From positions 14,014,001 through 14,078,000 of the forward strand of contig NC_045696.1 in NCBI RefSeq assembly GCF_009834535.1: a DNA stretch of 64,000 bases, given 5' to 3'. Positions 1 through 13,455 of the stretch are shown piece by piece; the stretch's first letter is position 1; each line of letters begins with the position of its first letter. Source of the stretch: Camelus ferus (taxonomy: Eukaryota). The position numbers were made by a program, and so were the translations under genes. The notes beneath the pieces were generated by a model. That model did not search any database, had not been told where the DNA came from, and saw only the letters and a list, made by a program, of their open reading frames with translations.

Positions 1-1656
1 TTAGGATTCCTCTGATTAATTGTGTCTATAATAAGAGATATTATGTGAAACCTTAAAGGCTATTCTGACATAAGGACTGGCATAAACTCCACAGCATTTA
101 GGGTTCTGAGAGTCTCTACAGTCCAGTCAAGTGACTGGCAGCACCATGAAGATGATACTCCATTGCTCTGAATGCTGTTTTATTTTTCTCTGTATCAAAA
201 ATTATTTCCATATTTCCTATTTATTCTATTTTCGTATTATTTGTAGTAACCAGAGGACTAAATTTACACTTAAATTCGTATCTCATTCGAAATTACAATC
301 ACTTGGATGTCAAATATCTAAAATATTAAAATACAGACAAGTTTTACTTGACTTTGTGCAGTTTGAGGCCAACCATGGAAGCAGTCTTGTTTAAAGTGTC
401 CAGCGTAGACTTACTTCTTATTATTTAACAGACAATGTTTAAAATCTTGATACCTCCTTAAAGAAGGCATTTCCAAACCTGAGAAGAGATAGAAAGGAGA
501 GAGAGAACAAAGCCAATAAATGTTCCTTGTCCCCTGTATTTAAGCATAGTCAAAACTGATGGTGCCCAGTTAAATAAATGTTGACACTCTTTTCCAATGA
601 TGTTATCAAAAAGTTCAAGAAGCCTTCTGGCAATTTAGGACCCCTTTCTGGAATCCAGAATTAGTATACCATGCTGAAAAGAAATAAAGGCTCTATTGAT
701 CTTCTTGTGCAGAAATTGGGGAGAGAAACAAAATTCTAGACAATCTGAGTCACAATAATTTCTCTCAGAGATTAATTATGGATGTCTTTAATATTATGGA
801 TTTTTAAAAAATGTGGACATATCTTAAAAATTCATCACCACCAGAGGATGAACATATTAAAGAAATATTTGTTAAGTGTTTACACATAATGTTAATGGGA
901 TGTTTGATATTCCACTGCCTAATGGCCATGTGTTTCATTTTTGAGACCTTGTACTTAACAGCTAGGAACATACCTGAAGTTTTTTTCAGGTGAAATTACT
1001 ATGTATTTTCAAGATAATTATGGTGAATTAAAAGGTCACAAAACATTTCATGCCATTGCTTTATTATGCAATCTCAATTTTGAATTTTTTTGAGCTTTAT
1101 CAATATTATGATTATATGTATATCAACCAATCGATCAAAACATTAATGTTAGTACTGGTTCCATCCCAGGCAGGACTAATGCAATAGAAAGCAAACTAAT
1201 CTGATTTTCCAAAGGCTTTCCCAGCACTAAATAAACTAGAAATCAAGTGCTCTGTGCTGATTTCTGTACTGAAATATACTCATACTTCATGGAAGAAGTC
1301 AAATTCTTCAAAATAAAATGTTTATTAAAACTGACACAGTTTTATGTAGTTTTATATAGTTATGGTTTTATTTTGTATTTTTCTGATGACTCTGATAACT
1401 AATGATGTCAAACACTTTATTTACTTATTGGACATTTTTATGTCTTTGTTTCATTATGCCCATGTTTTGAGTGATGTTTTATCTCTGGACATTCTAGTTG
1501 TAGGAGATCTTTATTTGTGATGAATATATCTCTCTCTTTCTCTTCTCTAAATCCAGTTTATATCTTTATCTATCTGCATCTTCTATATCTATACTTTATT
1601 TTTTCTAATCGGTGGCTTGTTGTTGATAAAGGCCATCTCACAATTTTTGTTTTACT

Positions 1657-1730
1657 ATTATACTGTACACCAGAAATTGACACATTGTAAACTGACTATA
1701 CACTATACGTCAAAAAAAAACCCCACAAAA
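1657..1730 (+). mobile_element. Short L1 3'-terminal fragment with A-rich tail
   Basis: CTGTACACCAGAAATTGACACATTGTAA-CTGACTAT followed by an A-run; nearly the same as the L1 tail at 33650-33702. Confidence 0.7.
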
Positions 1731-2116
1731 TAAAGGAAACATTAAGATACATGACTAGAGTTAAGACCATGTTGTAATTAATGTCATCTTAAAAACATTT
1801 ATTGAAAAATGATGATAGAGATCTCTTCAGTTTAAAATACACTAAATAAATTTCAGATGAAAAAATATTATCCTGAGAGGGAAAGGAGAAATAACTATTG
1901 TGTTAAAGTAACCAATATTTATCAAATAAGTCCAAATTGCTATTGAACAGCTGTCCATATACAGACAGCTCTTAAATCTTATGCCATCAAGTTTTTAAGC
2001 TGGTAATTCATCTTCTCTGCTTGTTATAAGTTGGAAGTAGAATTGATAGAATGAAACACTTGAAAAGTTTGGTTTTGTCATTGGATTATTCTCCGAGGAA
2101 TCTTAAGTCCTAAAAC

Positions 2117-2275
2117 TTAGTAGAAACCAGAGGTCCAGTATCTTCCAAACCAAATTGGATGACAGCATTCATATCCACAACTGTCATAACCAGAGTCCTA
2201 TCCATACTCTGTCCTCAAAGCTACCACATCCGCAGTCATTAGCCCTGGTCACAGAAAACATAGTCCACGCCATTT
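2117..2275 (-). pseudogene. HGT-KRTAP (KAP19/20-like) pseudogene
   Basis: Minus frame reads YG*DSGYDSCGYECCHPIWFGRYWTSGFY* (TAA at 2117-2119), matching the [10 protein letters not shown]-terminus of intact paralogs; in-frame TAG, decayed 5' half; AATAAA (minus) at 1798-1803. Confidence 0.85.
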
Positions 2276-3006
2276 AGCTGGTTGTGTAAAGTTGAGGTTT
2301 GATGTTGAAAACATTTAAACTTCTTCAGTTGGTGTAACGAGTCTTAGGTACTATAGGCATAATATTCATACCAAATAACATACATGAAAACAACCCAGTA
2401 ATTTATTTCCTTTTATACAAAAAGGGGACTTCATATCTATTAAGACTGGGATTGCTTTGGTGGCTCAATCAGTAGTTCCCAGTTAGTGTTACTAGGTTTG
2501 AATTCTCTTTACCACCTATTCACCTTGAGTACAGATTTCATACTTATCATGTCTTCAAGGGCCTCAAACACCATGCTTTTAAATAATAGTGTATATATAT
2601 TTTTTTTCTGATAAGATGTCTTCAGCTTGTTTTAAAAAATAGATGGCAAGAATATCAGGCTGATGGTAATTCTGAATTTATATTCTGGAAATGATTTGCA
2701 CTCACTCCATGAATGATATTATCATTTTGCTTTAGAAAAAAAAAATCTGTAGCCCCATCTAAACATCCATGTCAAACGCCATCTCTTCCTCTCTTCTGTG
2801 GTTGATTACATCACGTTTTGTTGCAGATATCTGATGGCAGGCCACTCTCCATTACTTATTTGTAAGTGCCAGATAAGATCTGGTAGAGTTTATATCAGGT
2901 TTATCTCCTTATTCATTGAGGGTCTACATATTAGAAAACCCTTTATAATAAAGGATCTAGAATTTGAGCTTTCTGTTTCTAAAGCCCCAAGACATCAACA
3001 GATTTT

Positions 3007-3168
3007 TCAGTCAAAGTCAAATCTACATCTCTTGCGGCCAGAGCCAGAACCCAAGACCAGCATAGCTAGAGCAAAATCATTGACCAGGCAGTGGACGCTT
3101 CCACAACCACAGCCAGAACCAGAGTCCAGGCCACTGCTGTGAATGCCCAGGCCTCCATAACAGCGGAT
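3007..3168 (-). pseudogene. KAP19-like pseudogene, start codon lost (ATG>ATC)
   Basis: Leader reads SPDT-I where paralogs read PDT-M/PVT-M, then RCYGGLGIHSSGLDSGSGCGCGSVHCLV...RCRFDFD*; TATAAAT (minus) at 3247-3253, 85 nt upstream. Confidence 0.75.
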
Positions 3169-4334
3169 AGTGTCAGGGCTCGTGGGTCTGGTTGAAGGTT
3201 GTCTAAATTCCTCTGTGTGAGAATTAACACTCCCACACACACAGGCATTTATACCCTCTCACAGGTAGATATGGCAAACCATGCTGATTTACTTCAAGTT
3301 TATTCAAAACCACAGCTCTTCTACTACAGAAATGCATTAAACTATTTTCCTTAATTAGAAGAAACTCAATTAAGAAAGTTTAGTTTTTAATTTGATTTTC
3401 CTGCTGAGCATGCTTTCTGCAAAATCTATTGTGCCCATAATGAGAAGAGTTGATGGGTCCTGCAAAGCCAACCATGACTTGATCCCTCAAGTCAACTCTA
3501 CACCAGCCTTTGAGGCATCAGGCAGCCCTCAGAAGATATAACTTGAGATAGTATGTATCAATTCAGTCCCTTTCCTTGGCCACTAATTTTCCACCAAATT
3601 AAATGATGTACATTGTTTCTACCTCTTCAATGTTTAAGAACTCTTAGACTTATTAGTAATTGAAGTTGCAATACTACATAACATTATAATTAATTTAACA
3701 TGACAAGTGAACCATTGTTTAATAACAGACATGTTTTCATAAAATTTTTTGTTCAAAATTTGTAAACTGTCTGATATTACATTTTAGCATTTATTTCCTG
3801 AATTATATTTTAATCTTTTGTTAACACAAAAGTATTTTCAGGGTGAGAATATTGATCTTAGCATTTTAGCAATCAATAAGACCAGCATTTAATATTTCTA
3901 ATTTGTGTTCTAGTAATAGTAGGAAATAGTATATTTTCATATTCTTCTGTCAATACTACTTCAATTTCTTATATCAAAAAATAATACAATGTTTCTACCA
4001 AAGTCCTTCTTTACGTTTACAAGGCCAAATCAATTTTATAACTGTATTGTGGGATATTTTTTGGTTATAAAAGCAAAAATTATATTTTATTTGTACTTTA
4101 TTTACACAGAGATCTCCCTTCCTTTCTTCCTTTCTCCTTTTTTCTTTCTTCTTTCTTCTTTCCCTCCTTGCTACTAATGTCATTCAAATGTATACATATA
4201 TATGTTTATATATATACAAACACACAAATATGTGTATATATAAAATACATGTTTTATAATTCAATATTGTCACAATTGTGGTAGAATATAAAATCTTAAA
4301 TTTTAGAATATTAAGTTGAAATGTGAAAACAACT

Positions 4335-4444
4335 GGGGTGACTGATTGTCCTGGTTTTCCTGGGACTGGCCAGTTGGCCACTGAATGTATCAAATGCTGA
4401 GAAAACCCTCAGTCCCAAGTAAACTGGCATGATCGGTCACATCA
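4335..4444. mobile_element. Non-autonomous hAT-Blackjack MITE (MER81/MER94-like)
   Basis: GGGTGAC...GTCCTGGTTT...GGGACTG at one end and CAGTCCC...AAACTGG...GGTCAC at the other (terminal inverted repeats). Confidence 0.6.
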
Positions 4445-4750
4445 GAAGTCATTTATATTTATATCTAAGAGGTCAAACCTTAAAACTCATATAAATATGA
4501 TTGCATATGTACAAGGTTTTTTTTTACAAAAGAGTAAGAATTTAACAGGTAAAAGAAGGAAAAGTGACCTTCTATACTGAAGGAACTTTAAGAGCCAGGC
4601 TTTAGAACCACAGAAGTACATCACGTGTATGTAGAGTTTAAGGATGCTGGACTAAAAAATGAGGAGGAGGTATTGGTGTAAGATGAGGGAAAAAAGCCTT
4701 TATTTTTTAAAACTATATGTGCCCATTATTTTTATTTTATCCTCTAGGTC

Positions 4751-4972
4751 TAAGGATATAAAAACTGCAGCCCGTGGGTGGAAGCCTGCCAGAGCCTGCG
4801 ACTGTAAATAAAGTTTTAATGAACAAATGGATTCTTTATTTTTATATTTTCTGTGACGACTTTCCTACTACAACAACAGAATTAAGTAGTTGTGCTGGAA
4901 AATATTTGGCCAGAAAGCCTGAAATATTTACTGCCTGACCGTTTACAAAGAAAGTTTGCCACTGACTCCTGC
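4751..4972. mobile_element. MER58A-like hAT-Charlie element
   Basis: Motifs GCCCGTGGG...TGTAAATAAAGTTTTA...AAAGCCTGAAATATTTACT...AAAGTTTGCC. Confidence 0.7.
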
Positions 4973-5569
4973 TGCAGATACGGGGAAGTCCACAGAGGTA
5001 TCCAAGAAAAGGAGAGGTGATCATTCTTATCCAGACTTTTTATTTAAGTAAAGATACTGCCAATATCCTAGTAGGTGATCTCCCTAAGAGATATTTAAAG
5101 AGAATATGGATTACTTGTCCTTTTAATCCTTGAAGTGAGAGCCATCCTAGTAATAACTTATTCCCTCTAAACTACTATTCTGTTTTGTAACCTATTTCCT
5201 ATTCCTGTGAACTGCTTGAAAGTGAGATCACAGTTGGTGGGAAATGGGAGAAATTAATCTCTTAGTGGTATCAGAAGACATTTAACAAAGTCTGTTTGCT
5301 TGTTTAGGTCTAGGAGAAACAGCAGTAATTTAATAATTTACTCCAAGTCTATAATTAGCAACAACTTGAATGAGGATAAATCATTTGAACAAAGGCAATT
5401 TGGGGACAAAAGTATCTCAAAACTTTTATTAAAGTTAATTGCTGTTGGGAAAAAAAAGCATACGTGTATTCAAACCTCATGTGGGATCAATTTTTTTTTT
5501 TATCTCCTAAAGGGAAAACAACTGAGTTAATCTGTATAAAATAACCCAGATCTTAGAAGTGCTGGATCT

Positions 5570-8500
5570 GATTTCTCATAATTAAATTATCAATAGATTT
5601 TTTTTTCTTACCTGTTATTTATCACCTTGAGGAAATTCTATTCTATTCCTAGTTGGAGGAGAGTTTTTAACATAATAGAGAATTAGATGTTTAAATGTTT
5701 GTCCTGTATCTCTTTATATGGAGATATATATATATATTTAGCCTTGATGACAGATTGAAATTGTAATGGAATGATCATAATTTAGGCATACAAAATAGAG
5801 CTGGACAGCCATTGAGGTTCTGGTCTCAGACATGTTTCTTCACCACTGAGAACTTGAACTTTCTGAATTGTACCAAACCCAAGGAAACCGCCAGCCATTT
5901 TTAGAAGACCTACTAGCTGTAACCTTCTTGCAACTATGCAACCATTTCATACCCCAACCAATCCTTGCTTAATAAACAATCTTACTTCCTGCTTTGCCAA
6001 TCATAATTCTTGACAAACAACTTATGTAACTAACTGTAGCCTTGCAGTTTTGCTCTTAGAATCTTCCTCCATTTTGTAGTTCAGTGGAACACAGTCTCAG
6101 TGCTTCTTGAATCTTTGCTTCCCAGGCGGAAGTCCTAGCAAATCCCCAATAAATGTCTCTTTATTTCGATCAGATCTTCTTTTCTGAAATTTTGGTGAAC
6201 AGCCTGTTACGGTGAATGACATAAACTGATTTTCAAATATCAAACCAGTTTTGCACACTTATAATTAATTCATTCATCATATCATTCTTTTTATAGATTG
6301 TCAGATTAGATTTGTTTGAGGATTTTTCAAATAATTTCATGAGAGACACTGTTTTGTAATTTTCTTTTCTGCTAATGTTTTTGTCCGATTTTGATATGTA
6401 TCCCAGCAGAATGAGTTAGTAAACATTTTCCCAGTTTCTGCTTTCTGGAAGTGATTGTGGGGAATTTGTAATTATTTTTTTCCTTAAGTGTTTGGTAGAA
6501 TACCCCAGTGAAACTGGAAAAGCCCTGGGCCAGGCGCTTTCTCTTTCTGAAGGTTTTTAATTATTGCTTTAATTAACATAACAGACATAGGATTATTTAG
6601 ATTACCTATTTCTCCCCATATGAGTTTTGATAGTTTGTGTTTTAGTTTGTCCATTTTATCTGAGAATTATCAAATTTATGGGTATAGAATTATTTGTAAG
6701 ACCCTTATTATCATTTTAATATTTATGGGATCAGTGGTCATGACCCCTCTTTTATTTCTAATGTTAGTAATGTGTGTCTTATCTTTTTTTTCATGGCTGG
6801 TAGAGCTAGAAATATGTTAATTATTAAACTTTTCAAAAAACTAGATTTTGGATATTGATTTCCTCTATTATTTCCCATTTTCAAGTTTATTGATTTGTGC
6901 TTTAGTGTTATTCTACATTTTCTTTTGCTTACTTTGGACTTAAATTGTTCTTTCTCTAGTTTCCTAAGGTAGAAGTAAGGTTACTGACTTTAGACTTTTT
7001 TCCCCCTTATTTGTACATTTAATGACATAAATTTCCCTCTAAGTACTGCTTTTTGCTGAATTTTGTACATTTTAATAAATTGTCTTTCTTTTTCATTTAG
7101 TTCAAAATATTTTTTTCAACTTCTCTTGAGACATATTTTTAGTTTATGTGCTATTTAGAATATACTACTTACCTTCCAGACATGCGGGGATTTTCCAATA
7201 CTGTTCTATTATCGATGTTTCATTTAATTCTATTGTGGTCTAAGAACATACTTGTTATGATTTCTGCGATTTGAAGGTGATATGCCTAAGCGTAGGGCTT
7301 TTGCTAATTGCTTATTTTGATTTGTTTGTTTTATTCTAGTTGGTGTTTTCAGAATCATCTGGATCATGATTTGGTATGTTGATAATGTTGGAAATTTCAG
7401 CCATAATTACTTTAAATATTTATTTTTCTATTTCATTCTCTTTTTCTCATATGGTATTACAATTATGCATATATTACACATTTTAATTTCACCTACAGTT
7501 ACTGAATGTTTTGTTAGTTTTTCCACCTTGTTTTGTTTTCTCTTTACTTTTCATTTTGTCCAGTTTATTATACTCATCCAAGTTCACTGATTCTTCCCTA
7601 GGTTGTGTTGAATTTACGGATGAACTCTTCAAAGGCATTCTTCATCTCTGTTGCTGTTTTTTATTCAAACATTTCTTTTTGTTTCTGTCTTAGCATTGCC
7701 ATCTCTGCTTAGACCACTCATCCTTTTTACCATTAGATGGCTTGACATATTGATTATGGTTATTTAAGTTTCATGTCTACTAATTCCATGTACGTCGTAT
7801 TTAAGTCTGGTTCAGATTATTGCTTTATATGCAATTTGTTTCTTTCTTGCCTTAGGCATGCCTTGCAATTTTTTGTTCAGAGTCAGTCGTGATGTATTAG
7901 TCAATAAGAGCTGAATTAAGGTAAATAGGCTTTTAGTGTGAGGATTTAGTGTAAGGACTAGGCTTCAGATTCCGCTAGCATTCTTTTTTTTTTGAGGGAG
8001 AGGGGCCATCCCTTCAGACCTTGGTTTTTCCGCATCTGCCCCTCCTCAGAAAGGAGCTATGCTTTGCACCGCTTTCAGCTCGAATCCACTTTAACTTATT
8101 ACATTGTGTCATGTTCTGGTAAAAAGACCTGGGGAAACGGACCATTCTGTAATCTTCAGATTAAATATCAGTTTTTTATAAGGACTGGTCTTAGTGCTAT
8201 AAACTTCTTAAATTTGTCTTCAGTTGTATGACTCCCCCCAGCTACTCCCTACTTCTTCCCTGACTACAGCATTTTTCATCTATTTCCTTGAAGACTTAAC
8301 TTTTATTATGTATTCTTCCCAAACACTTTAGGTAAGACAAGAAGCCTGGAGGAAGCCGGAATTGTGAGAATTTCCTTCCCTCACCTGGGGCAAAGTTTCA
8401 GAATTGCACTCTGGTGAAGATCTTTGGTTTGGGGTTTTTGGTCTTTTTTTTCCTCCTGGAAATTAAACCTTTTTCATCCAGAAGACTCTGGGCGTATATT

Positions 8501-8930
8501 ACTATGGTTACTCTTTCCCCCGCCTTCCAGAATCAAGAAGGGTTCATTCTTGAATCTTCACAGTGGAAACATGGTGGGGTTCTTGAAGGGAAAGCCAAAA
8601 AAAGTGTGGGAATTTTCTCACAGTTATCCCAGGAGTTTCTCACTTATACTTGCCTACACTCAGCCTTAAGAAATTCACAAATACATTACCATTCAATTGT
8701 TTCCACCAGTTTATGACTTGAGCAGCTTCTGCTCCAGGTAAGCAGATTTTGGTAGCTGTATCTCTCTAGAGGTACATGTCTTTCTAGTTTTGGAGACGGT
8801 AGTTTGCCCAGTGACCTTAGTTCTCTGATGAATCTAAGAAAATTCACTGAGTCTCAGTTTATCCAAACACTTTCAAGCTCTGTACATGTCAGGACTAAAC
8901 CTGATGTCCTGTGTGTCACCTTTTAATATA
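5570..8930 (-). mobile_element. Old degenerate L1 (ORF2 part to ORF1/5' region), interrupted by a solo LTR
   Basis: T-rich strand with typical antisense L1 motifs (TTTGGTAGAATACCCCAGTGAA, TAAATTTCCCTCTAAGTACTGCTTT, GGAAATTTCAGCCATAATT). Confidence 0.75.
5745..6201 (+). mobile_element. ERV1-type solo LTR nested in L1
   Basis: TG...CA termini, 4-bp TSD GCCT (5741-5744, 6202-6205), AATAAA near 6148. Confidence 0.75.
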
Positions 8931-9917
8931 TGCACAGGATTTTCTCCAAATAGCTCAACTGAGGCGTCATCTAATTCCCTAGTGGAATAAAACTTTATTT
9001 GAATAATGGATTAGAGCCCAGCTTTTTCCAACTATAAAAATGAGAATGTGTGATGATGCTCTTTTCATGAGCATAGAGACCTGCAAAGATCATTGCTTAT
9101 TGCCTATTTGCAAATTAATCAATTCTTAAGTCTAACTTATCTCAGTATTTCTTTTACTCACTAATAATGAATATCTGAGTTTCTCACATTTCCTTCTGAA
9201 TCAAGTTTGCCATCCTGCTGGTTCCCTGATTAATGTATTAAATACAGTTTTGCGCACACTCACTATCTCTTTTTATAAAAATAACACTTTTAACCTTTAT
9301 AGAACCTATGCTTTGATGGTGGTTTGGTGTCATATTGTGGAAGGCTTTATAATCTGATTCAGAGGATTATTAATTTTTTGGTGCAGTTATTGATGAAGAA
9401 AGTTATACTGCACCATAATTATACAGAGTAATTTGCATTGCCCATGCCTGGACATCATTTCTCATGCTACTAAGCACATCTTGTTTCTTTCAACCCTCTT
9501 ACTTGCCAAGGATGAAATACATCTTTCAATATTTAACTGAGACTTTACACCTTCTGTGACGAGCTTTCATCCAAAGTTAAAGCTTAAAATTATTACATTA
9601 AAACTAACTGTTTTGCTATGTTTTCCTTTCCTCAGAAATCACATAATGTTTAATCCTTCTTGAAGTAATGGGGTTTAGCTTGCTCATTTTAGTAGTACCA
9701 GTAGCTATCATTGTCTCTAGAATGCTGTAGAAAAAAAAATAATGTGTCTACTAAATTGAATGGAATACAAAAATGAATGAAATATTGTCCTGCCTCAAGA
9801 TGTTTCATTCAAAATGGGGAGATAAATCAAGAATAAAATTTATTTTAATAAATGTCAGAATATACATGTTTAATGACAGAAGTATAGATAAAAATATACA
9901 CAAGTGGAGAGGAAAGT

Positions 9918-9972
9918 ATAATATAATATTATATTATATTATATTATATTATATTATATTATATTATATATA
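9918..9972. repeat. (ATATT)n microsatellite
   Basis: Pentamer tandem array read directly. Confidence 0.9.
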
Positions 9973-10241
9973 AAAAACATTCAACTAGAGTCCATTGAGG
10001 ACACAGACTTTGACCCATGTTTTGAGAACTATAGACCCTGAGAAGAAAGAAAATCATATATATATATGATTATATATTTATAATCATTATATATTATAAT
10101 AATTATATATTATATATTTATATTATACATTATATACATATATATATATATAAAAAGCAGTAAAAAGAAGTACTGAGACATTCAAGAAATATATATGTAT
10201 GACAAAATACGTTTTCCTAGTAAACTTTAGCTTTAGTTATT

Positions 10242-10831
10242 TAGGCCATTGCTGGAACCAGAAACATAATACAGACCACTGTGAATGAAAAATATTGCCA
10301 GCCATATCAGTAAACAAAGATTGCTGTGGCAACCAAGTCATCAGCTGCTATCAGCACCCCCTTGACAGGTGAGCAGAGGGAGCTCAGGATGTGGACAAGC
10401 AGGCAACCCAGCCTCTGCAGCCACCCCAATGGTGTACCCCGAGGGAACCCAGGATGTGGCAGAACAGGACACTGGCCCTAGATAGACAGGTGCATGTCAA
10501 AGGAATGATTTCAATGAGCCCAGACCTTTGCACCCTCTCATATATAGAAAAGCATTAAATTCCTTAACTTGAGATATCTGGTTTTCTTTAATTAATAATC
10601 TTTTGATCTTCCAACTACCTGGTCTTTGTTGCAAAAACTCCTACATATCTTGGCTTCTACCTTGCCACTTCAGAACAGTCTTACAGTGATCTGAGAGGCT
10701 GCCTCCTCAAGTCCTCAGAAAGTCCACCAAATGAAACATAATAACTCTCAACCTTTAGGCTGTGCATTCTACTTCAGTTGACACCACCAATACTAAATAA
10801 GACTGCTGTAGGTGTGGCCATAGTAACCCAT
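10242..10831 (-). pseudogene. KAP36-like KRTAP pseudogene split by a solo LTR
   Basis: ATG at 10831: MGYYGHTYSSL.. then, with the LTR removed and one frameshift, IGGLYYVSGSSNGL (cf. [14 protein letters not shown]); 5' UTR and promoter at 10832-10960 align with those of intact paralogs; TATA decayed. Confidence 0.75.
10280..10783 (+). mobile_element. ERV1-type solo LTR
   Basis: TGTGAA...TTCAGTTGACA termini, 4-bp TSD CCAC (10276-10279, 10784-10787); homologous to LTRs at 56211 and 57408. Confidence 0.9.
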
Positions 10832-12324
10832 CATGTCAAGGGTTGAAGATTTGGTTTGGTAGTGAAATAAGTGTCCTGAGAATGAAGACTGCAGAGAAAT
10901 GAGTTGATTTTCACATTCTCAGTGAAAGGTGTGACAAACCACAGCACAAGAGTTTCACTGTCTCGAAGAGAAATCTCTGATTAAAAATAGTACCAATTGG
11001 CCATACGTTTATTACTAAGGGAAGTTCTAAATATTCATGAAGTTGTTTCTTTATTTGAATGTATTTAATTGTTGTGTCTAAGAACCAGTGTTTATATGGA
11101 AAAACAGGTTTCATGTTCAAAGCTAATGACTACACATATTTCTACATTTCAAATGTAAATCAAGTCCCTTGCATCAAGCAGCTCTTCCCTGGCATTGTCT
11201 GAGTTTGGATTTGTCAAATGATGTTTCCTTCACTTTGCCTACAACACAGTTTCAATGTGTGCCAAATATCCTGTTTTCTTTCCTTTTAAAATTCAATAAA
11301 TTAGCATACAAAATATAAAATTATCATGCATAATTACAGAATTTTGAAGCAGGAGAGAAAATTTACTCAGAGAAAAGAACAAATATTTGACCATCCTTTT
11401 GTTTGCTTTTTCTGTGAAATGACATTCTAACTTTCTGTATATTGTTTTGGTCAAATTCTATTAGATTACATTCAAGCCCAACTTTTTTCCCACTACTGCC
11501 TTCCACAAGGCACCCATCAAACACAGAAAGGTCATCCATTTGTTTCTAAAGCTGCAATTTGTATCTACATTGCAAGCTTGTTCTCGCACCTTTCAACTAA
11601 GCGTTCCTACACTTCCTACGCCTGTGGAAAATAATCTCCTTAGAGTCTCTTTCAAATATTCCAGACCACAGGCATCTATTGAATTGCTCTCTTTTTATAT
11701 TACTGATTCCCTGTTGTATAAAAGATAATTTATCATATTTTTAGACAGTAATATGATAAGTGAGAAAAAATTAAATGATTACTTTATGGCCCTAGAAAGT
11801 TTAACCTTTCATTATAGTCACCAAGTGTGTGTGTGTGTGTATTTCTACATGTGTGTGTATTTTTAACATGTGTGTATTTCTACGTGTGCTGTATGCAAGT
11901 ACAAAGTTAAATATATGGAAGTATAAAATTAGAGGAAGTTAAAATTAATCGAGAAGTTTTTTAGAGAAAGAAAAGCTATGGTAGGCTGAATTGTTCTGTA
12001 AAAGAAGTTCTAGAGAAGGTTTAAATTAGGCTCCGTCACAAATACTTTAAAAGAATTCAACAGAGAAGAGAAGAGGAGACTTCAAGAAGCAATGGTTTTG
12101 GCTAAAGCTGAGGAGCAAGGCTAAACAAGATGTGCACGTAGACAGGACAGAAACCTTCAAAGGATAATTGAAGATTAAGAAGCATGTTGTTTTCAGATCA
12201 GTGAGGGCCTTTGCATCTTCCGTGTTGTTTATGAAGAGTCAATTATTCTGTGGTTTTATCCAGCATTACTGTCACAAAAGACATGACATTTTAGGAATAA
12301 TCATCTCATGTCAGGATGAATTGC

Positions 12325-12635
12325 TTGTAAAGATCTGGAATAATTTGGATATTTGTGGTCTTTTGTGCTTCCACATGAATTTTAAGAGTGTTTTTTTTTT
12401 TTTTTTTTCCTATTGCTGTAAAAGCAACATTGGTTTTTGGTAAAGATTGTATTTAATCTGTAGATCACTTTGGGTAGTATGGATATGTTTTAGATGTTAC
12501 TTTTTTGAATCCATTAACACAAAGTATCTTCCCATTTGTTTGTGTCTCTTTTAGTGTGTTTCATCAATGTTTTGTAGCTTTCAGTACACAAGTCTTTAAT
12601 TTTCTTAGTTAAGTTTATTCTTGAATATTTTATGT
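12325..12635 (-). mobile_element. L1 ORF2 fragment
   Basis: Antisense L1 motifs TTCCACATGAATTTTAAG, AATCTGTAGATCACTTTGGGTAGTATGG. Confidence 0.8.
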
Positions 12636-13455
12636 ATCATTAAAACACATTTTGTTGCATTTGTGTTACTAAAATACACTTCTCCTAAAAAGTCTTCAAA
12701 TATACCTAGTTAGGGAAAACTTACTTCTCATTTGACTCTTTCTAAAAGCTATCTTCACCCAAATTATCTAATATCAATGTTGAGCTTTAGCTGTTTAAAA
12801 ATTTTAAATATATCTTTTTACATGATCAGAAAGCATGGGCGGCTCGTGTCATGTTTTTTGCTTTTGATCAACTAGTTCATGTCTCATCCTTTTTGTATGT
12901 TTCAGCTAAAATATTTTCTCCTCTGATTACTTAGTTCAATATGATCTAGCTATGTAAGTTCTTTAAGTCCTATATGCATATTTTTCCATGATAAAATTTT
13001 AATTGTGGTACAGTTTTTCTATACTTTTGCATGAAAAATTATAGACATAGATAATATAATGAACCTGTAGATAAATACAATTCATCCTTAGCTGTAATCA
13101 GTTCATTGCCAATTATCTTTCATTTATACCTATACTAACTCCCTGTTGTTATAATTTTGAAAAACATCCAGAAGTTATTCCATTTTATCTGAAGGTATTT
13201 TGCTATATATGAAAAATGAAAACATAATACACAGAACATAAGGACATATTAAAAATAATGGAACTGACTCTAGTTGTATTTTTATTTTTTATATTTATTG
13301 GTAAAACAGGCTTTCATTGGCAGAATCACTTTTTTAGATTCATGGCAGTACTGCACATATACTTGCTACTGAACTGCTACTGAAAACCAAATTCTCTATA
13401 GGACCAATGAGTATCATTCCTGAAATCATGACTAATTTTTCTAATTATCAGAAGG

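Noticed and set aside
131..394. This and most other short ORF-track entries
   Set aside because: Mostly TTG/GTG starts or repeat-derived low-complexity frames with no recognisable domains or splice context
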